NCBI GenBank assembly: GCA_964187785.1
Contig: OZ076413.1
Coordinates: 46,812,001 to 46,876,000, forward strand
DNA: 64,000 bases
Direction of reading: 5' to 3'
Source: Amphiscolops sp. MND2022
Lineage: Eukaryota
Shown here: piece by piece, positions 12,076 through 24,244 of the stretch
Position numbering within the stretch: the first letter of the stretch is position 1
Layout: every line of letters starts with the position of its first letter
Notes under the pieces: model-generated
The model's input: the letters and a program-made list of their open reading frames with translations, nothing else
The model's database searches: none
Told to the model about the DNA's origin: nothing
Program-made: the position numbers and the translations under genes

Positions 12076-13534
12076 TAGAAGTTTTTTGGGTCTTCCACGT
12101 CATCATGTCTCCTGGTTTCTTTGGTACCATCATCTTCTGCGTGTGTTGTGTGGGACAGCTCATTAGCACTGTAGACTTTATTGTTGGTCTGTTTGAAGTC
12201 CCTTCCGAACTGCTTGTTTTCCTCCGTTGACTGTTTATTATACGGGACGCTACGGTATGCGGAGGTAGTCGTGTTCCTGTAGTAACAGTCTCGGGCTGAG
12301 TGTCCCACATTTTCGCCAATTTGGCACACCAATTTGGAGTTGTATCTGGGTTTCTGTTCGTTTGTTGGGTTGGGCTGGGCAGCGGTTTGCGAGTTCGGGT
12401 TCTCGGATTTGTTTAGGCTTTCTTCTCGAAGTCGTTTTCTGCATTCGGCCCATTTGTGCCCGTGTATGCCGCAGTGACGGCATCGTCCATCAAACTTCCT
12501 CTTGTTTTTCCTGTTTTGTTGGGGTTGGGAATTGAAACACTGTAAGGTGGCCATGTGTGGCTGAGGTGCGCAAATCTGGTCGAATGGTTGCGCACTAGAG
12601 GTAGTTGGAAGGAGTTGTGCATATTGGCATCTTCGTTGTACGAATGTTCGAATTTCCTCCATTGTGGCATCGTGCTTTCCTACCATCGCTAATTCATTCT
12701 GCATTTATACGGGGAGTTTTGCAAACAGAAATGTCTCTGTAATGTCACCCGATCTGTCCCCGAATGCTTGTTTGGCCACTTTCTTGTATTTGTTGAGAAA
12801 ATCATTAAACGTTTCGGCCAAAGGGTCATAGCGGATCTGGTCAAATTTGTATTTGGCCACTTCTTTTAAGTCTCCTTTGGCATACTCTTTTTTGAAGTAA
12901 CGCAATACTTGTGCCAGCGTTGTTTGGTTTGTTATTTTGAGTGACTGCCAGAATTCGATGGCATCGTCACGTAGCAAGCTCTGGGAGTATGTCAGTTTCT
13001 GCTCTTCTGACTGTTTTTGTTGACGTGGTGGAAGATGGTTGAGTGGGAGGCGTTCAAATTCGTTATATTTTTCCCTGTTCCCTCGGAAAAAAGGAACTTG
13101 GGTCTGGAGAATCTTCGAATGATGTACAAAATCCGTCATGGTATCTCTCAGGTGGTGGATTTCTGTTACTATGTCGTCAATCTGGTGTGGTGGTGGCTGA
13201 GGGTAGTGTGATGTTGATGGGGGCGATAGGTTCGTCTGGGCATTGCTTGCTGAAACTCCTGTCACTATGTTGGAACGTGTCTCGTGTCCAATTGAGACAG
13301 TGTTTAATTCGTTCCCTTCTCTATTACTAGAAGGTATTTTTTCAGTTAGTGCTAGGACGAGATTTGTTAGGTCGCTAATCTGTTTATTCATTTCGAGAAA
13401 CGTAAGTCCACTGTATGTCTATCATTACCATTTTGATAGTTTAGTAAATCGCCATCATCGAATTCGTTTATTTGATCTCTCGTAAGGATTTCGGGTACAC
13501 TACTGTCGCTTTCAGAGTCACTGTTTCTATCCAT
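12075..13534 (-). pseudogene. gag: Gypsy gag (one frameshift near 13392, one in-frame stop at 12705-12707)
   Basis: ATG at 13534 (MDRNSDSESDSSVPEILTRDQ...), then ORFs 12705-13391 and 12075-12704 with capsid-like VPFFRGNREKYNEF and two zinc knuckles. Confidence 0.88.
12081..12087 (-). promoter_or_regulatory. -1 ribosomal frameshift slippery heptamer A AAA AAC at the gag-pol junction (duplicate at 8026-8032)
   Basis: Minus strand reads cca aaa aac ttc taa. The -1 frame continues KLLMPGHPPQ into the pol ORF. Confidence 0.75.
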
Positions 13535-13570
13535 TCCGCTCTAATCTAACAGAATATTTCTTGCTGACTG

Positions 13571-13587
13571 AAACCTCGTGTTAACCA
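13571..13587 (-). promoter_or_regulatory. Gypsy primer-binding site (degenerate, possibly tRNA-Trp-like)
   Basis: Minus strand reads ...TTTGTCA ttt TGGTTAACACGAGG, i.e. TGG 3 nt after a CA LTR end and ~40 nt upstream of the gag ATG. Confidence 0.55.
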
Positions 13588-13590
13588 AAA

Positions 13591-14012
13591 TGACAAACGC
13601 TGAAGTTTTTTTAAGTTTAATTGATATATTGAAGGACGATTTTTAGGTAGACATTGTAACTGAAGATTATTGTAAGGTTGATGTAGTTAGTAACTGCACG
13701 TTGTTGTATAGCAAATGTTAATGGCCGTCAGTTGGCACCTGCTGTTTGGTATGATGATGTTGGTCACGTGACCTCATGAACCAATCATATTGCATTATAT
13801 AATGGTGTTAATTAGCACCCTGTGTTTGGTAGCGCAATTTGCGTCTAATGGTATGAGTGCAGTGATGGTACGTTGCTATGGTTACATGATTCGTTGTTAA
13901 TACATACTAGTACTATACGTAGTATAATTTCACTTGTGAAAGTCTGGCGATATTGCTTCACTAACGTTGAAGATCATCCATGTTACTATATGGTGATACC
14001 GTAGCACCAACA
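13591..14012 (-). repeat. Gypsy 5' LTR (inner end firm; outer end 14012 or possibly 14395)
   Basis: CA end adjacent to the PBS. Candidate TG starts at 14012 (TGTTGG) or 14395 (TGACAAAC, an 8-bp inverted match to the inner end). No second LTR in the window to confirm. Confidence 0.5.
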
Positions 14013-16025
14013 TCGACTAAATGATAGGCTATGGAATGAGTAAAAAAATGCAAGTACTTTTAGCACACGATTTAACGTACTCAATACGACTACGTCAAAA
14101 ACTAGAAGCGGGTTCGATGTCTAGATAAAAATGGTTTATTCTGCACAAATGTATGGATGATGCATGTATCACGACCACGTCACAATATGTTCATGTAAAA
14201 TGTTTGAGTTTCTTTCTTCAATGTTGTGTTGCGAACTGCGTTCATTCATTTTCTGTTTTCTCCTTTCGTTCCTTTCTATCTGATCTTGTGACATTGTGCG
14301 TATGGCAGCGTCACTTTATAAATCTTGCTTATTTTGCTGTTTCCATTCGTGCTTTCCACTTGGTTGTGCTGTACATGTAACATCGTTGTTTGTCAGTAAT
14401 CATGCGTATTGCATGGCAGTTAGATCTCACGATTTGGGCTATGAGGGTCAACCTGGGTGTTTAAAAAGCAGAAATGTTACTTCTTGTATTTTACAGGACT
14501 CCCACTCAGCGTTGCAATATTTCACCCGATTTCGATGAAAGAAAGCATGGGAAACCTTTTAAGAAACCTGATCAACTGTTGTGGATCAACATGCGATGAT
14601 GGGCGAGTGAGAGAAACATGTAACGATCATCTCAAGTGATTTGAGGAAAACACTTTGGTCTGCTTCTCGAACCCAATGTGTTGATTCTCTTCATCTTAGG
14701 CTTCGGGACCAGAATCGAGTAGCGGCACCATCCAATATGTAGCTCTCCTGAGACGTCATTGACATATTTTTCATTCATTAGAGTTCTTTTATTTTCGCTG
14801 TTTGATTCGTTGATTTTGTTCACAAGCGCAGTCCAATTTCCTCCATTGTACCATTGTATCCCTTTGTGTAGTGTAGTTGAAAATCTAGACTGGCAAAATG
14901 CGAATTTTAAATCCTGTTTGTAGATCCGATATGTCCTTGAAAACATGGGCTCATTCCATTGGTTGCGTTTGTTTTTCCTCTACGGATTTTACTCTATCCA
15001 TAATGCTATAGCCCATTAACGAAATGGTGATGCCGTATTTTCTCAAAGGAATCACGCTATGAAAAGGTTGAAAAAAATGTCGAGTATATTGAAAGTATGA
15101 CTTGTATTCAGTGGAAGACATTTGCCCATTTTCTATTCTTTTGTGCTCAATTCGTGCTAATGTCCATCCTCGTTTATAGATAATGGTGAATCAAAATTTT
15201 ACCACGCTTTTTAACCTCCGGTGTGTGCATGGATAAATTTTATGTGAAAAGTGGTTTGGATAAATTATGTATACTGGATTTTAACTCACTATTTTAACGA
15301 CAGTAATGTGCAAATCATGAAGTGTTTTTGTGCTGCATTTTTAGACTTGCAAGTTAGATTATAGTTAAGTAAAAAGAATCTGATTCTCATTGAGTTGCTT
15401 TCATACTCCCAGTTAACTAAGTTTTCAAAACTTAATTCAATTATGCTACAATTTAATCTTTTTCCAACCTCAGCTGCTCCAGAAGTAAAAATTTGAAATC
15501 ATAAATTCAAGCAGTCATGGACAGGCGTGGTGCACGTTATGCTTGTAGGATGTCTGAAAAGTCTCAAATTCTACAAGATGAATCTTTTGATTGACAAAAG
15601 TCTTGAAGAAATGGAACAAACCTGACGGAAATTTGTCACTCATGTTCCCAGTTACGAGTTGCGTTCGTTTTCAGTTTGTGATGAAACCCTTATTTTACAG
15701 CTAAAACAACCTTCCTTTACACTTACTAGGGAAATGGGAATCATAAGAGATGGAAACTGAAGTTTCTAGGAAGGAAACGAGTTCGAGTTTTTTTTCAAGA
15801 ATTTATATTCAAATAACTCATGGTGCTTCATTTTAAACAAAATGGAACAAATAGGTACTCAAATAGTAATCACGTTTGAAGAACATTGTCAATACCGTCG
15901 GACCGCGGCTACTTAGAAGAAATGTATATTTCATCACTCTCTTGTGTTAGTGCTGTGACTGAAATTCAATCATTGAATACACTTGCGATAAGCAAGTGTT
16001 ATGGGAAAGTGCGGGCGCTTTTTTT

Positions 16026-17265
16026 GAAAAAAAAGTTTATTCAATTGGATATGTAAATGGTTTCACTTGAACAAAGCATTGGAAGAAACAAATATATCCA
16101 ATTAGGCTGAGAAAAGAGCCTAATGGCTCATCGTGTTCTCACACTTTAGAATCGACATGGAAACATAACAACTGTTAAGTATCCTAACTTGAACATCCAA
16201 ACGAACTAAAAAGAGGATTAAGAGTTGCTTATTGTTGAAATCGTACAGTTTTGCCAATTTGCTAATTAAATTTCGTGTTTGCAATTTGGTCCTTGAGTGT
16301 ATGTTGGTGGGTAGAAAATTGAAATGAGTCAAACAATTGTAGCTTTTCGGAAGTGCATTATGTAGGCAATTCCGTTTCATTGGAGTTCTTCCTCTACTTA
16401 GAGACAAAAACCCTTCGAGTTAGACCTTGTTACAGGTTTTGAATCAGCACTTGAGTTCATTTCATGCAAACGTTTTGTTAAAGAATGGGGTTGAAGTTGT
16501 CGGAAATTTCCTTAAGTTCAACTAAAAAAAGTTCGAACACCGAAAAAGGTTTGTTTTGAACAAGAATATTTTCAAGAGAGTCGTATTTCTTCTTGAAAAA
16601 AACTGCTCTAAGTGTTCGCCGTTGCGCCATTTCAATCTTTTTGAGGTTGCTATTTGAACCTGTTCCATATATTAGTAACCCATAGCAGATAACTGATTTT
16701 GCAAAGGAATTATAGAACATCATCAAGCATTTCTTGTCGAATAATTGACGATTTCGATAAACGAGGCCATAAAATTTGTTCAACTTTATGACCATGTAGT
16801 CAATCTGGTAATTGACTTTTAGCGAACCATCTAAATTAACGCCTAAACACTTACAATACTTTTTTCTCGAGACGATTTTCGCCAATATTTCTATTTCCTC
16901 CGATTTTCCAGATCCAAATGTCATGTCTTCAAATTTGTCTGTATTGACAGATAATTTGTCTGTGGTGTACCAATCAGACATTATATTTATATCATTCACG
17001 ATTTTACATTCCTTTTTTCTTACCTGCCTTAACTAGACTTGTATCATCAGCAAAAATCACAACATTAGGGTGAACACAACAATTTGTTGGGTCATTAATG
17101 TGTAGAAGAAAAAGCAACCGTCCTAGAATCGAGCCTTGTGGTACACCGGTTTTAATTTCACAGCTATTAGTAACGTTTTCATCAGTACAGACATACTGAA
17201 CTCGATACCGCAAATAGTTTCACAGGAGATTGTTTACATCCCCTCTGAATCCATATTCAATCAAG
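16026..17265 (-). mobile_element. 5'-truncated non-LTR retrotransposon (CR1/L2-group) RT fragment
   Basis: YGFRG...GVPQGSILG.LLFLLHIND...IFADDT, then KYCKCLGVNLDGSL...YG. AATAAA near the 3' end. Sits in the T-tract of the host repeat (compare the empty site at 57167-57173). Confidence 0.9.
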
Positions 17266-17314
17266 TTTCCGCGCGACAACTGTCTCGTTTCAGACCGCAA
17301 CTCGAACAGTGTAG

Positions 17315-17398
17315 GCGTTCGTGGTCAAGTGGTAAGATGCTTGCTTTTGAACCCAAAGTGATTATATTCGAACCGGTGCGTATGCGCTTATTTTTTTA
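17315..17398 (+). other. tRNA-Gly-like Pol III-like cassette inside a Helentron-like element (duplicate ~23342-23425)
   Basis: GCGTTCGTGGTCAAGTGG (A box) ... ATTCGAACC (B box-like) ... T7 tract. Confidence 0.6.
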
Positions 17399-18889
17399 CA
17401 AGCATTCCGATGCACAAAGTTTCCACTTTTTCTGGCGCTATGAGACTTCCCCTTTTTTGGTTTTGTGAGACTTTTTTCGAAACTTTTTAATGTCATCACT
17501 TTTTTAAGGTCCTACCTTCACTTTTATTGATAAAGTATCCTTATATTTTTGATATTTTGCAACAAAATGGATGTTGAAAAATCTCATAGGGTCCCTCTTT
17601 TTACAGTGTTCGACATTGTGAAATTCTTCAAAAAGAATATTTTTTGTCTTGAAATTAGGTTTTCTCGGGCCCAGCACGCTATATCCGAATTTCGTTTTTT
17701 TAAGACCGGCCTTTTTCTATGCGACTTTTTCTAATTTGTTTTCATTGCAGCCCCCCTCAATTTTTACTAGAAACGAAACGTTGAGCGAGCATAAAGAACT
17801 TCTTAAGGTTTCCGGCACGATGTGACTTACTGGAGACCTTCATCAAAACTTTTTCCAAAATTTCGGAAAATGCTCAATTTTCCGATTTTTGAAAGATTTC
17901 GGTTGAGAAAGATGGTTTTTTGCTTGTTTCCAGTTGAGGAAAATGGTTTTCGAGTCTTATGCGTATCCCATCGGGTATTTTTTTGGCGCTGTAAAATTGA
18001 CGAATTTTAAAAATAAAGTCTTTTTGCATATTTAAAAAACATTACTTTTTTGAACCTTGAATCCTCATGGTTTGTTTTAAATTGATCAAGTAGTTAAAAA
18101 ACTGGCAGACTCCTTAACCCTTGGTTCTCTGAATGATATTGATTATTTTGTTTTCTCTTCAAAGTTCGCAACTCTCTTCGCAAGTGTTTGTGTAGCGCAG
18201 CTTCACCTCTGTGTTCAAATTTAGAACCAGGAAACAAAACTACAAACAAAGATCATATGAGGGACTTTCTGGGAAAAACATTCAAACTTGGACAAACGTT
18301 CAATTTAAAGCATAAGGTTGTAACACTTCGAGATCGTTCATGCCAAAGGGTTGAAGAATAGTTCTTCGCTGTAACAGTCTAAAGGCTGAAGTCTGAAAAC
18401 GGGGGTTTGAAAACGAAAAAAACCTTGAAATGTTTGATTTTTGAAATCGAATTACTTGAGGAACCATAATTTGAAAATCTGGAAATGTTTTCTCATTTAA
18501 ACTTCGAAGACTTTCGAAACGAACTATTCCAACGAAGTTTCTCCAATTTAAAACTATAACTGTGTACGTTCACTGTCAATCTGTTAACTGAAACCCTTAC
18601 TCTGCTAAATCTTCACTCATAAAGAAATGAGCAGAAATCTTCTTACACCAAAAGAGGACACAGCAATAAACCATGTGAAGCACTATTTTTTGAGGCTGGT
18701 GCAAAGCGAGATGTTTTAGTGCAAGTTTTGAAAATTAGCCATTCTAAAATTTTCATTCCAAGCAAACGTGAGATCTAACGCAATGGTCACAGCAATGATG
18801 CTTTTTAATTAGCATCGAATAAAAGAACTAACTATAGCAGTGGCGAGCTGACCAGCGAACTGACAGATTTCCAAAATCATCAATATTTT

Positions 18890-19095
18890 TTGACGTCAGG
18901 TTTACTCTTGGCGTTATATCCGAAGTAAATGACGTTTTACTTGGGAGGAGGCGGAAGTTCAGAATACTGCGCTATGTCCGATTTTTTGACGTTATATCCG
19001 AAATAAACTGCGTTTAACTAAGGAGGAGGCAGAGTTTCGAAAATTTTGCGCTATATCCGAATACTTGAGGTAATACAGAAGTAAATTGCGTTCAC
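18890..19095 (+). repeat. ~80-bp tandem module (GCGCTATATCCGA...GACGTTATATCCGAAGTAAA...GGAGGAGGC), ~3 copies
   Basis: The same module recurs at ~19690-19790 (rev), 24920-25120, 27835-28030, 62040-62110 and 62450-62820 (rev). Confidence 0.75.
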
Positions 19096-19602
19096 TAGTT
19101 TATGCTTACAAAATTAGGGGAAAGAGAAAGAGGCCTTTAGTTTTTTGGTACAATGTAACTTTTCTTACAAATTTCCAACTAAGCCCTGTCGAATATTACT
19201 AAACAAACGTTTTGTGAGTAATGAGGACTTCTAAGTGTTTTTCGGCACTATGCGAACTACCGAGGATATATTGAAGTTTCCCGAATATTCTTTCAGTTTT
19301 TACTTTTTGCAGAGGTTTTTGGTTGCGCAAAACCATCTTTCCAATTCCAAGGGTAACCTCTGATTATTTTTCAGAGCTGTCGGGCTTGTGAGAGGTTTTT
19401 CAATACACCTTTATAACTCGTTTTGAAAAATCTGAACAATCATATCGAACAAATAGTAATTCTAACCATACATAGGAAAATCCGTTGCTCGCGGACGTTG
19501 GAAACGACCACCGGAAATTTGAAATGAACAAATTTCTTTCCCAGTCAACAATTCGTCATAACGGCTATATCCAACTTAAATTATACATCGCGGCGCTTTT
19601 TG

Positions 19603-20019
19603 AACAAGACGCCCGCTATGCATCAGGACATTTTCCGCCTTCAATTGACAAACAAACGACGCTTAATCGAAAGTCTACATCCTTGGAAAAACGCAATTTA
19701 CTTCGCATATAACTTCAAAATTCGGATATAGCGCAATATTTTTGAATTTTCGCTCCTCCTTAGAAAAACGCAATTGACTTCGTAACAGCAAGTTCGGAGG
19801 CTCCTTTCATGCCGCCGAGCTAAGACCCAAACGGCAGCTCCTTTTAGAAGCATCATATTATAAAAACGCAATTTACTTCGTGGCAGCTTCAATTTACTTC
19901 GTGGAAGCTTCTTTTATAAGAACCAGCCGGGAGATTATAAAAAGTTGGCAGAATTTGGAGAACAAAACGCAAAACAGATCATGATTTTTCTCCACCTTTT
20001 ATGTGGGCGGAAGATAACA
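19603..20019 (-). mobile_element. Helentron/DINE-1-like element (ATTTTCCGCC family); duplicate 25629-26045
   Basis: AACAAG terminus, ATTTTCCGCC ... GGCGGAAGAT subterminal inverted pair. Both ends match 57816-58095 while the interiors differ. Confidence 0.7.
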
Positions 20020-20970
20020 AAATCGCGACATGAAAAAGAGCGCCTCAGAGAAGCACGCCAAAGAGGCGACGATAATTTGAAACTGGCAGAGCAACTCAAC
20101 TTTAATCGAAACACTGCGTACAACAATGTTAAAGGAGAACAGTTACAGCATAAACGAGGATGTAAAATGTATCAGAAGGTAAACTATGAGATGAGTGAGT
20201 TTTTTGTAGAGATCCTGGAAGAGAACTGGAAGAGAAAACGGTAGCAAATTTGAATGTGGAGCTGCAAAGACGATATCCAAAATAGTCAAAAATCTGTGAC
20301 AAGATTTTATCTAAAGCATCTACGGTTGAGTTTATTTTAAAATTGAACAACGATTCGCCAGGTGGCACAAAAGTAGCCAGAAGTGAACATTTGACTGGAT
20401 TACGAGCCAGGAATTGTAAATTTCACGAAGGTTCACATAGATGAATTCAGATGAAACGGAGCTTCGGACGATCAAGGAGAGGTAATAGGTCATTTAGAGT
20501 TGCGTCTAGGTAGTCTTGTACGAACGTTACTGTATACGCAGCTTTTAGCTCCGCTCATGGCTTGATGCACTATATTGTCCTTCCATGTCGAATAAAACAA
20601 GACTTTGTTGCTTCCAGATTGAATTAGGTGCAAACGTTATTGCTGATCATGGGTTGACTCCAGATGTTTATATGATGTTTCTCAACGCACCAAGCCACCG
20701 CAACCTAGACGGCAATTTATTTGCGCCAACTCATACCATGAGAAAAAATGGAGTCTACCAAGCCTAATCCGATAGAGAGTATTTAGAAAAACCACCGGGA
20801 AAGCCCAACGGAGGCTTTTCCTTTTGGCCGAGCAGCAAGGGTTCATTAACACAGAAGCTCACTGAGAAAGCGATGAAACTTCAGTTCAATTTCGTTTCGA
20901 TCGTCTGGAGGAAATTATCGATTTAAGCAGCGGAGTTGTAACAACAGAAAAGTGCGCGGCCTTGCAAAAT
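20020..20970 (+). pseudogene. IS630/Tc1-like transposase remnant (copy 1, cut at the duplication junction)
   Basis: HTH-like LAEQLNFNRNTAYN, then IDE, NVTVYAAFS, NAPSH and NPIE motifs across frameshifts. Confidence 0.65.
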
Positions 20971-22005
20971 CATGGGCTCATTCCATTGGTTGCGTTTGTT
21001 TTTCCTCTACGGATTTTACTCTATCCATAATGCTATAGCCCATTAACGAAATGGTGATGCTGTATTTTCTCAAAGGAATCACGCTATGAAAAGGTTGAAA
21101 AAAATGTCGAGTATATTGAAAGTATGACTTGTATTCAGTGGAAGACATTTGCCCATTCTCTATTCTTTTGTGCTCAATTCGTGCTAATGTCCATCCTCGT
21201 TTATAGATAATGGTGAATCAAAATTTTACCACGCTTTTTACCCTCCGGTGTGTGCATGGATAAATTTTATGTGAAAAGTGGTTTGGATAAATTATGTATA
21301 CTGGATTTTAACTCACTATTTTAACGACAGTAATGTGCAAATCATGAAGTGTTTTTGTGTTGCATTTTTAGACTTGCAAGTTAGATTATAGTTAAGTAAA
21401 AAGAATCTGATTCTCATTGAGTTGCTTTCATACTCCCAGTTAACTAAGTTTTCAAAACTTAATTCAATTATGCTACAATTTAATCTTTTTCCAACCTCAG
21501 CTGCTCCAGAAGTAAAAATTTGAAATCATAAATTCAAGCAGTCATGGACAGGCGTGGTGCACGTTATGCTTGTAGGATGTCTGAAAAGTCTCAAATTCTA
21601 CAAGATGAATCTTTTGATTGACAAAAGTCTTGAAGAAATGGAACAAACCTGACGGAAATTTGTCACTCATGTTCCCAGTTACGAGTTGCGTTCGTTTTCA
21701 GTTTGTGATGAAACCCTTATTTTACAGCTAAAACAACCTTCCTTTACACTTACTAGGGAAATGGGAATCATAAGAGATGGAAACTGAAGTTTCTAGGAAG
21801 GAAACGAGTTCGAGTTTTTTTTCAAGAATTTATATTCAAATAACTCATGGTGCTTCATTTTAAACAAAATGGAACAAATAGGTACTCAAATAGTAATCAC
21901 GTTTGAAGAACATTGTCAATACCGTCGGACCGCGGCTACTTAGAAGAAATGTATATTTCATCACTCTCTTGTGTTAGTGCTGTGACTGAAATTCAATCAT
22001 TGAAT

Positions 22006-24244
22006 ACACTTGCGATAAGCAAGTGTTATGGGAAAGTGCGGGCGCTTTTTTTGAAAAAAAAGTTTATTCAATTGGATATGTAAATGGTTTCACTTGAACA
22101 AAGCATTGGAAGAAACAAATATATCCAATTAGGCTGAGAAAAGAGCCTAATGGCTCATCGTGTTCTCACACTTTAGAATCGACATGGAAACATAACAACT
22201 GTTAAGTATCCTAACTTGAACATCCAAACGAACTAAAAAGAGGATTAAGAGTTGCTTATTGTTGAAATCGTACAGTTTTGCCAATTTGCTAATTAAATTT
22301 CGTGTTTGCAATTTGGTCCTTGAGTGTATGTTGGTGGGTAGAAAATTGAAATGAGTCAAACAATTGTAGCTTTTCGGAAGTGCATTATGTAGGCAATTCC
22401 GTTTCATTGGAGTTCTTCCTCTACTTAGAGACAAAAACCCTTCGAGTTAGACCTTGTTACAGGTTTTGAATCAGCACTTGAGTTCATTTCATGCAAACGT
22501 TTTGTTAAAGAATGGGGTTGAAGTTGTCGGAAATTTCCTTAAGTTCAACTAAAAAAAGTTCGAACACCGAAAAAGGTTTGTTTTGAACAAGAATATTTTC
22601 AAGAGAGTCGTATTTCTTCTTGAAAAAAACTGCTCTAAGTGTTCGCCGTTGCGCCATTTCAATCTTTTTGAGGTTGCTATTTGCACCTGTTCCATATATT
22701 AGTAACCCATAGCAGATAACTGATTTTGCAAAGGAATTATAGAACATCATCAAGCATTTCTTGTCGAATAATTGACGATTTCGATAAACGAGGCCATAAA
22801 ATTTGTTCAACTTTATGACCATGTAGTCAATCTGGTAATTGACTTTTAGCGAACCATCTAAATTAACGCCTAAACACTTACAATACTTTTTTCTCGAGAC
22901 GAATTTCGCCAATATTTCTATTTCCTCCGATTTTCCAGATCCAAATGTCATGTCTTCAAATTTGTCTGTATTGACAGATAATTTGTCTGTGGTGTACCAA
23001 TCAGACATTATATTTATATCATTCACGATTTTACATTCCTTTTTTCTTACATGCCTTAACTAGACTTGTATCATCAGCAAAAAGCACAACATTAGGGTGA
23101 ACACAACAATTTGTTGGGTCATTAATGTGTAGAAGAAAAAGCAACCGTCCTAGAATCGAGCCTTGCGGTACACCGGTTTTAATTTCACAGCTATTAGTAA
23201 CGTTTTCATCAGTACAGACATACTGAACTCGATACCGCAAATAGTTTCACAGGAGATTGTTTACATCCCCTCTGAATCCATATTCAATCAAGTTTCCGCG
23301 CGACAACTGTCTCGTTTCAGACCGCAACTCGAACAGTGTAGGCGTTCGTGGTCAAGTGGTAAGATGCTTGCTTTTGAACCCAAAGTGTTTATATTCGAAC
23401 CGGTGCGTATGCGCTTATTTTTTTACAAGCATTCCGATGCACAAAGTTTCCACTTTTTCTGGCGCTATGAGACTTCCCCTTTTTTGGTTTTGTGAGACTT
23501 TTTTCGAAACTTTTTAATGTCATCACTTTTTTAAGGTCCTACCTTCACTTTTATTGATAAAGTATCCTTATATTTTTGATATTTTGCAACAAAATGGATG
23601 TTGAAAAATCTCATAGGGTCCCTCTTTTTACAGTGTTCGACATTGTGAAGTTCTTCAAAAAGAATATTTTTTGTCTTGAAATTAGGTTTTCTCGGGCCCA
23701 GCACGCTATATCCGAATTTTGTTTTTTTTTAAGACCGGCCTTTTTCTATGCGACTTTTTCTAATTTGTTTTCATTGCAGCCCCCCTCAATTTTTACTAGA
23801 AACGAAACGTTGAGCGAGCATAAAGAACTTCTTAAGGTTTCCGGCACGATGTGACTTTCTGGAGACCTTCATCAAAACTTTTTCCGAAATTTCGGAAAAT
23901 GCTCAATTTTCCGATTTTTGAAAGATTTCGGTTGAGAAAGATGGTTTTTTGCTTGTTTCCAGTTGAGGAAAATGGTTTTCGAGTCTTATGCGTATCCCAT
24001 CGGGTATTTTTTTGGCGCTGTAAAATTGACGAATTTTAAAAATAAAGTCTTTTTGCATATTTAAAAAACATTACTTTTTTGAACCTTGAACCCTCATGGT
24101 TTGTTTTAAATTGATCAAGTAGTTAAAAAACTGGCAGACTCCTTAACCCTTGGTTCTCTGAATGATATTGATTATTTTGTTTTCTCTTCAAAGTTCGCAA
24201 CTCTCTTCGCAAGTGTTTGTGTAGCGCAGCTTCACCTCTGTGTT
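22006..24244 (+). mobile_element. Duplicate of the Helentron-like element 15979-18215
   Basis: Part of the second 6-kb unit. Confidence 0.7.
22053..23292 (-). mobile_element. Duplicate LINE RT fragment
   Basis: ORFs 23031-23240 (GVPQGS, FADDT) and 22505-23026. Confidence 0.9.

Larger units (their letters stand above)
4143..12959. repeat. Tandem duplication of a ~4.06-kb gag-pol segment (copy A 4143-8897, copy B 8898-12959)
   Basis: Paired near-identical ORFs (e.g. 4911-5555 vs 9666-10310). Junction gaattc-GAT-ttttgtttag at 8898-8900 joins gag sequence (GAT at 12957-59) to pol sequence (GAT at 4143-45). Confidence 0.95.
1..14012 (-). mobile_element. Decayed Ty3/Gypsy LTR retrotransposon (5' LTR-PBS-gag-pol-extra ORFs); 3' end lies outside the window; internal gag-pol duplication
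   Basis: Minus-strand domain order is gag (CCHC knuckle CRHCGIHGHKWAEC), protease (LLDTG), RT (YSSPIFAQRKPNGKLRILVDLRRIN, LAQGL, SVDD), RNase H (CDASE), integrase (LH...GH...CQDC). Many stops and frameshifts. Outer LTR boundary uncertain. Confidence 0.9.
15979..18215 (+). mobile_element. Helentron/DINE-1-like non-autonomous element (ACACTTGC family), interrupted by a LINE
   Basis: Terminal hairpin ACACTTGC-gataa-GCAAGTGT (15979-15999) and distal GCAAGTGT (~18180) plus a degenerate stem-loop. Both ends and several internal segments match the reverse complement of 56038-57216. Confidence 0.7.

Noticed and set aside
14270..14946. Minus-strand integrase/Ginger-like remnant (ORF 14632-14946)
   Set aside because: Only a vague resemblance and no catalytic motif identified; needs a profile search.
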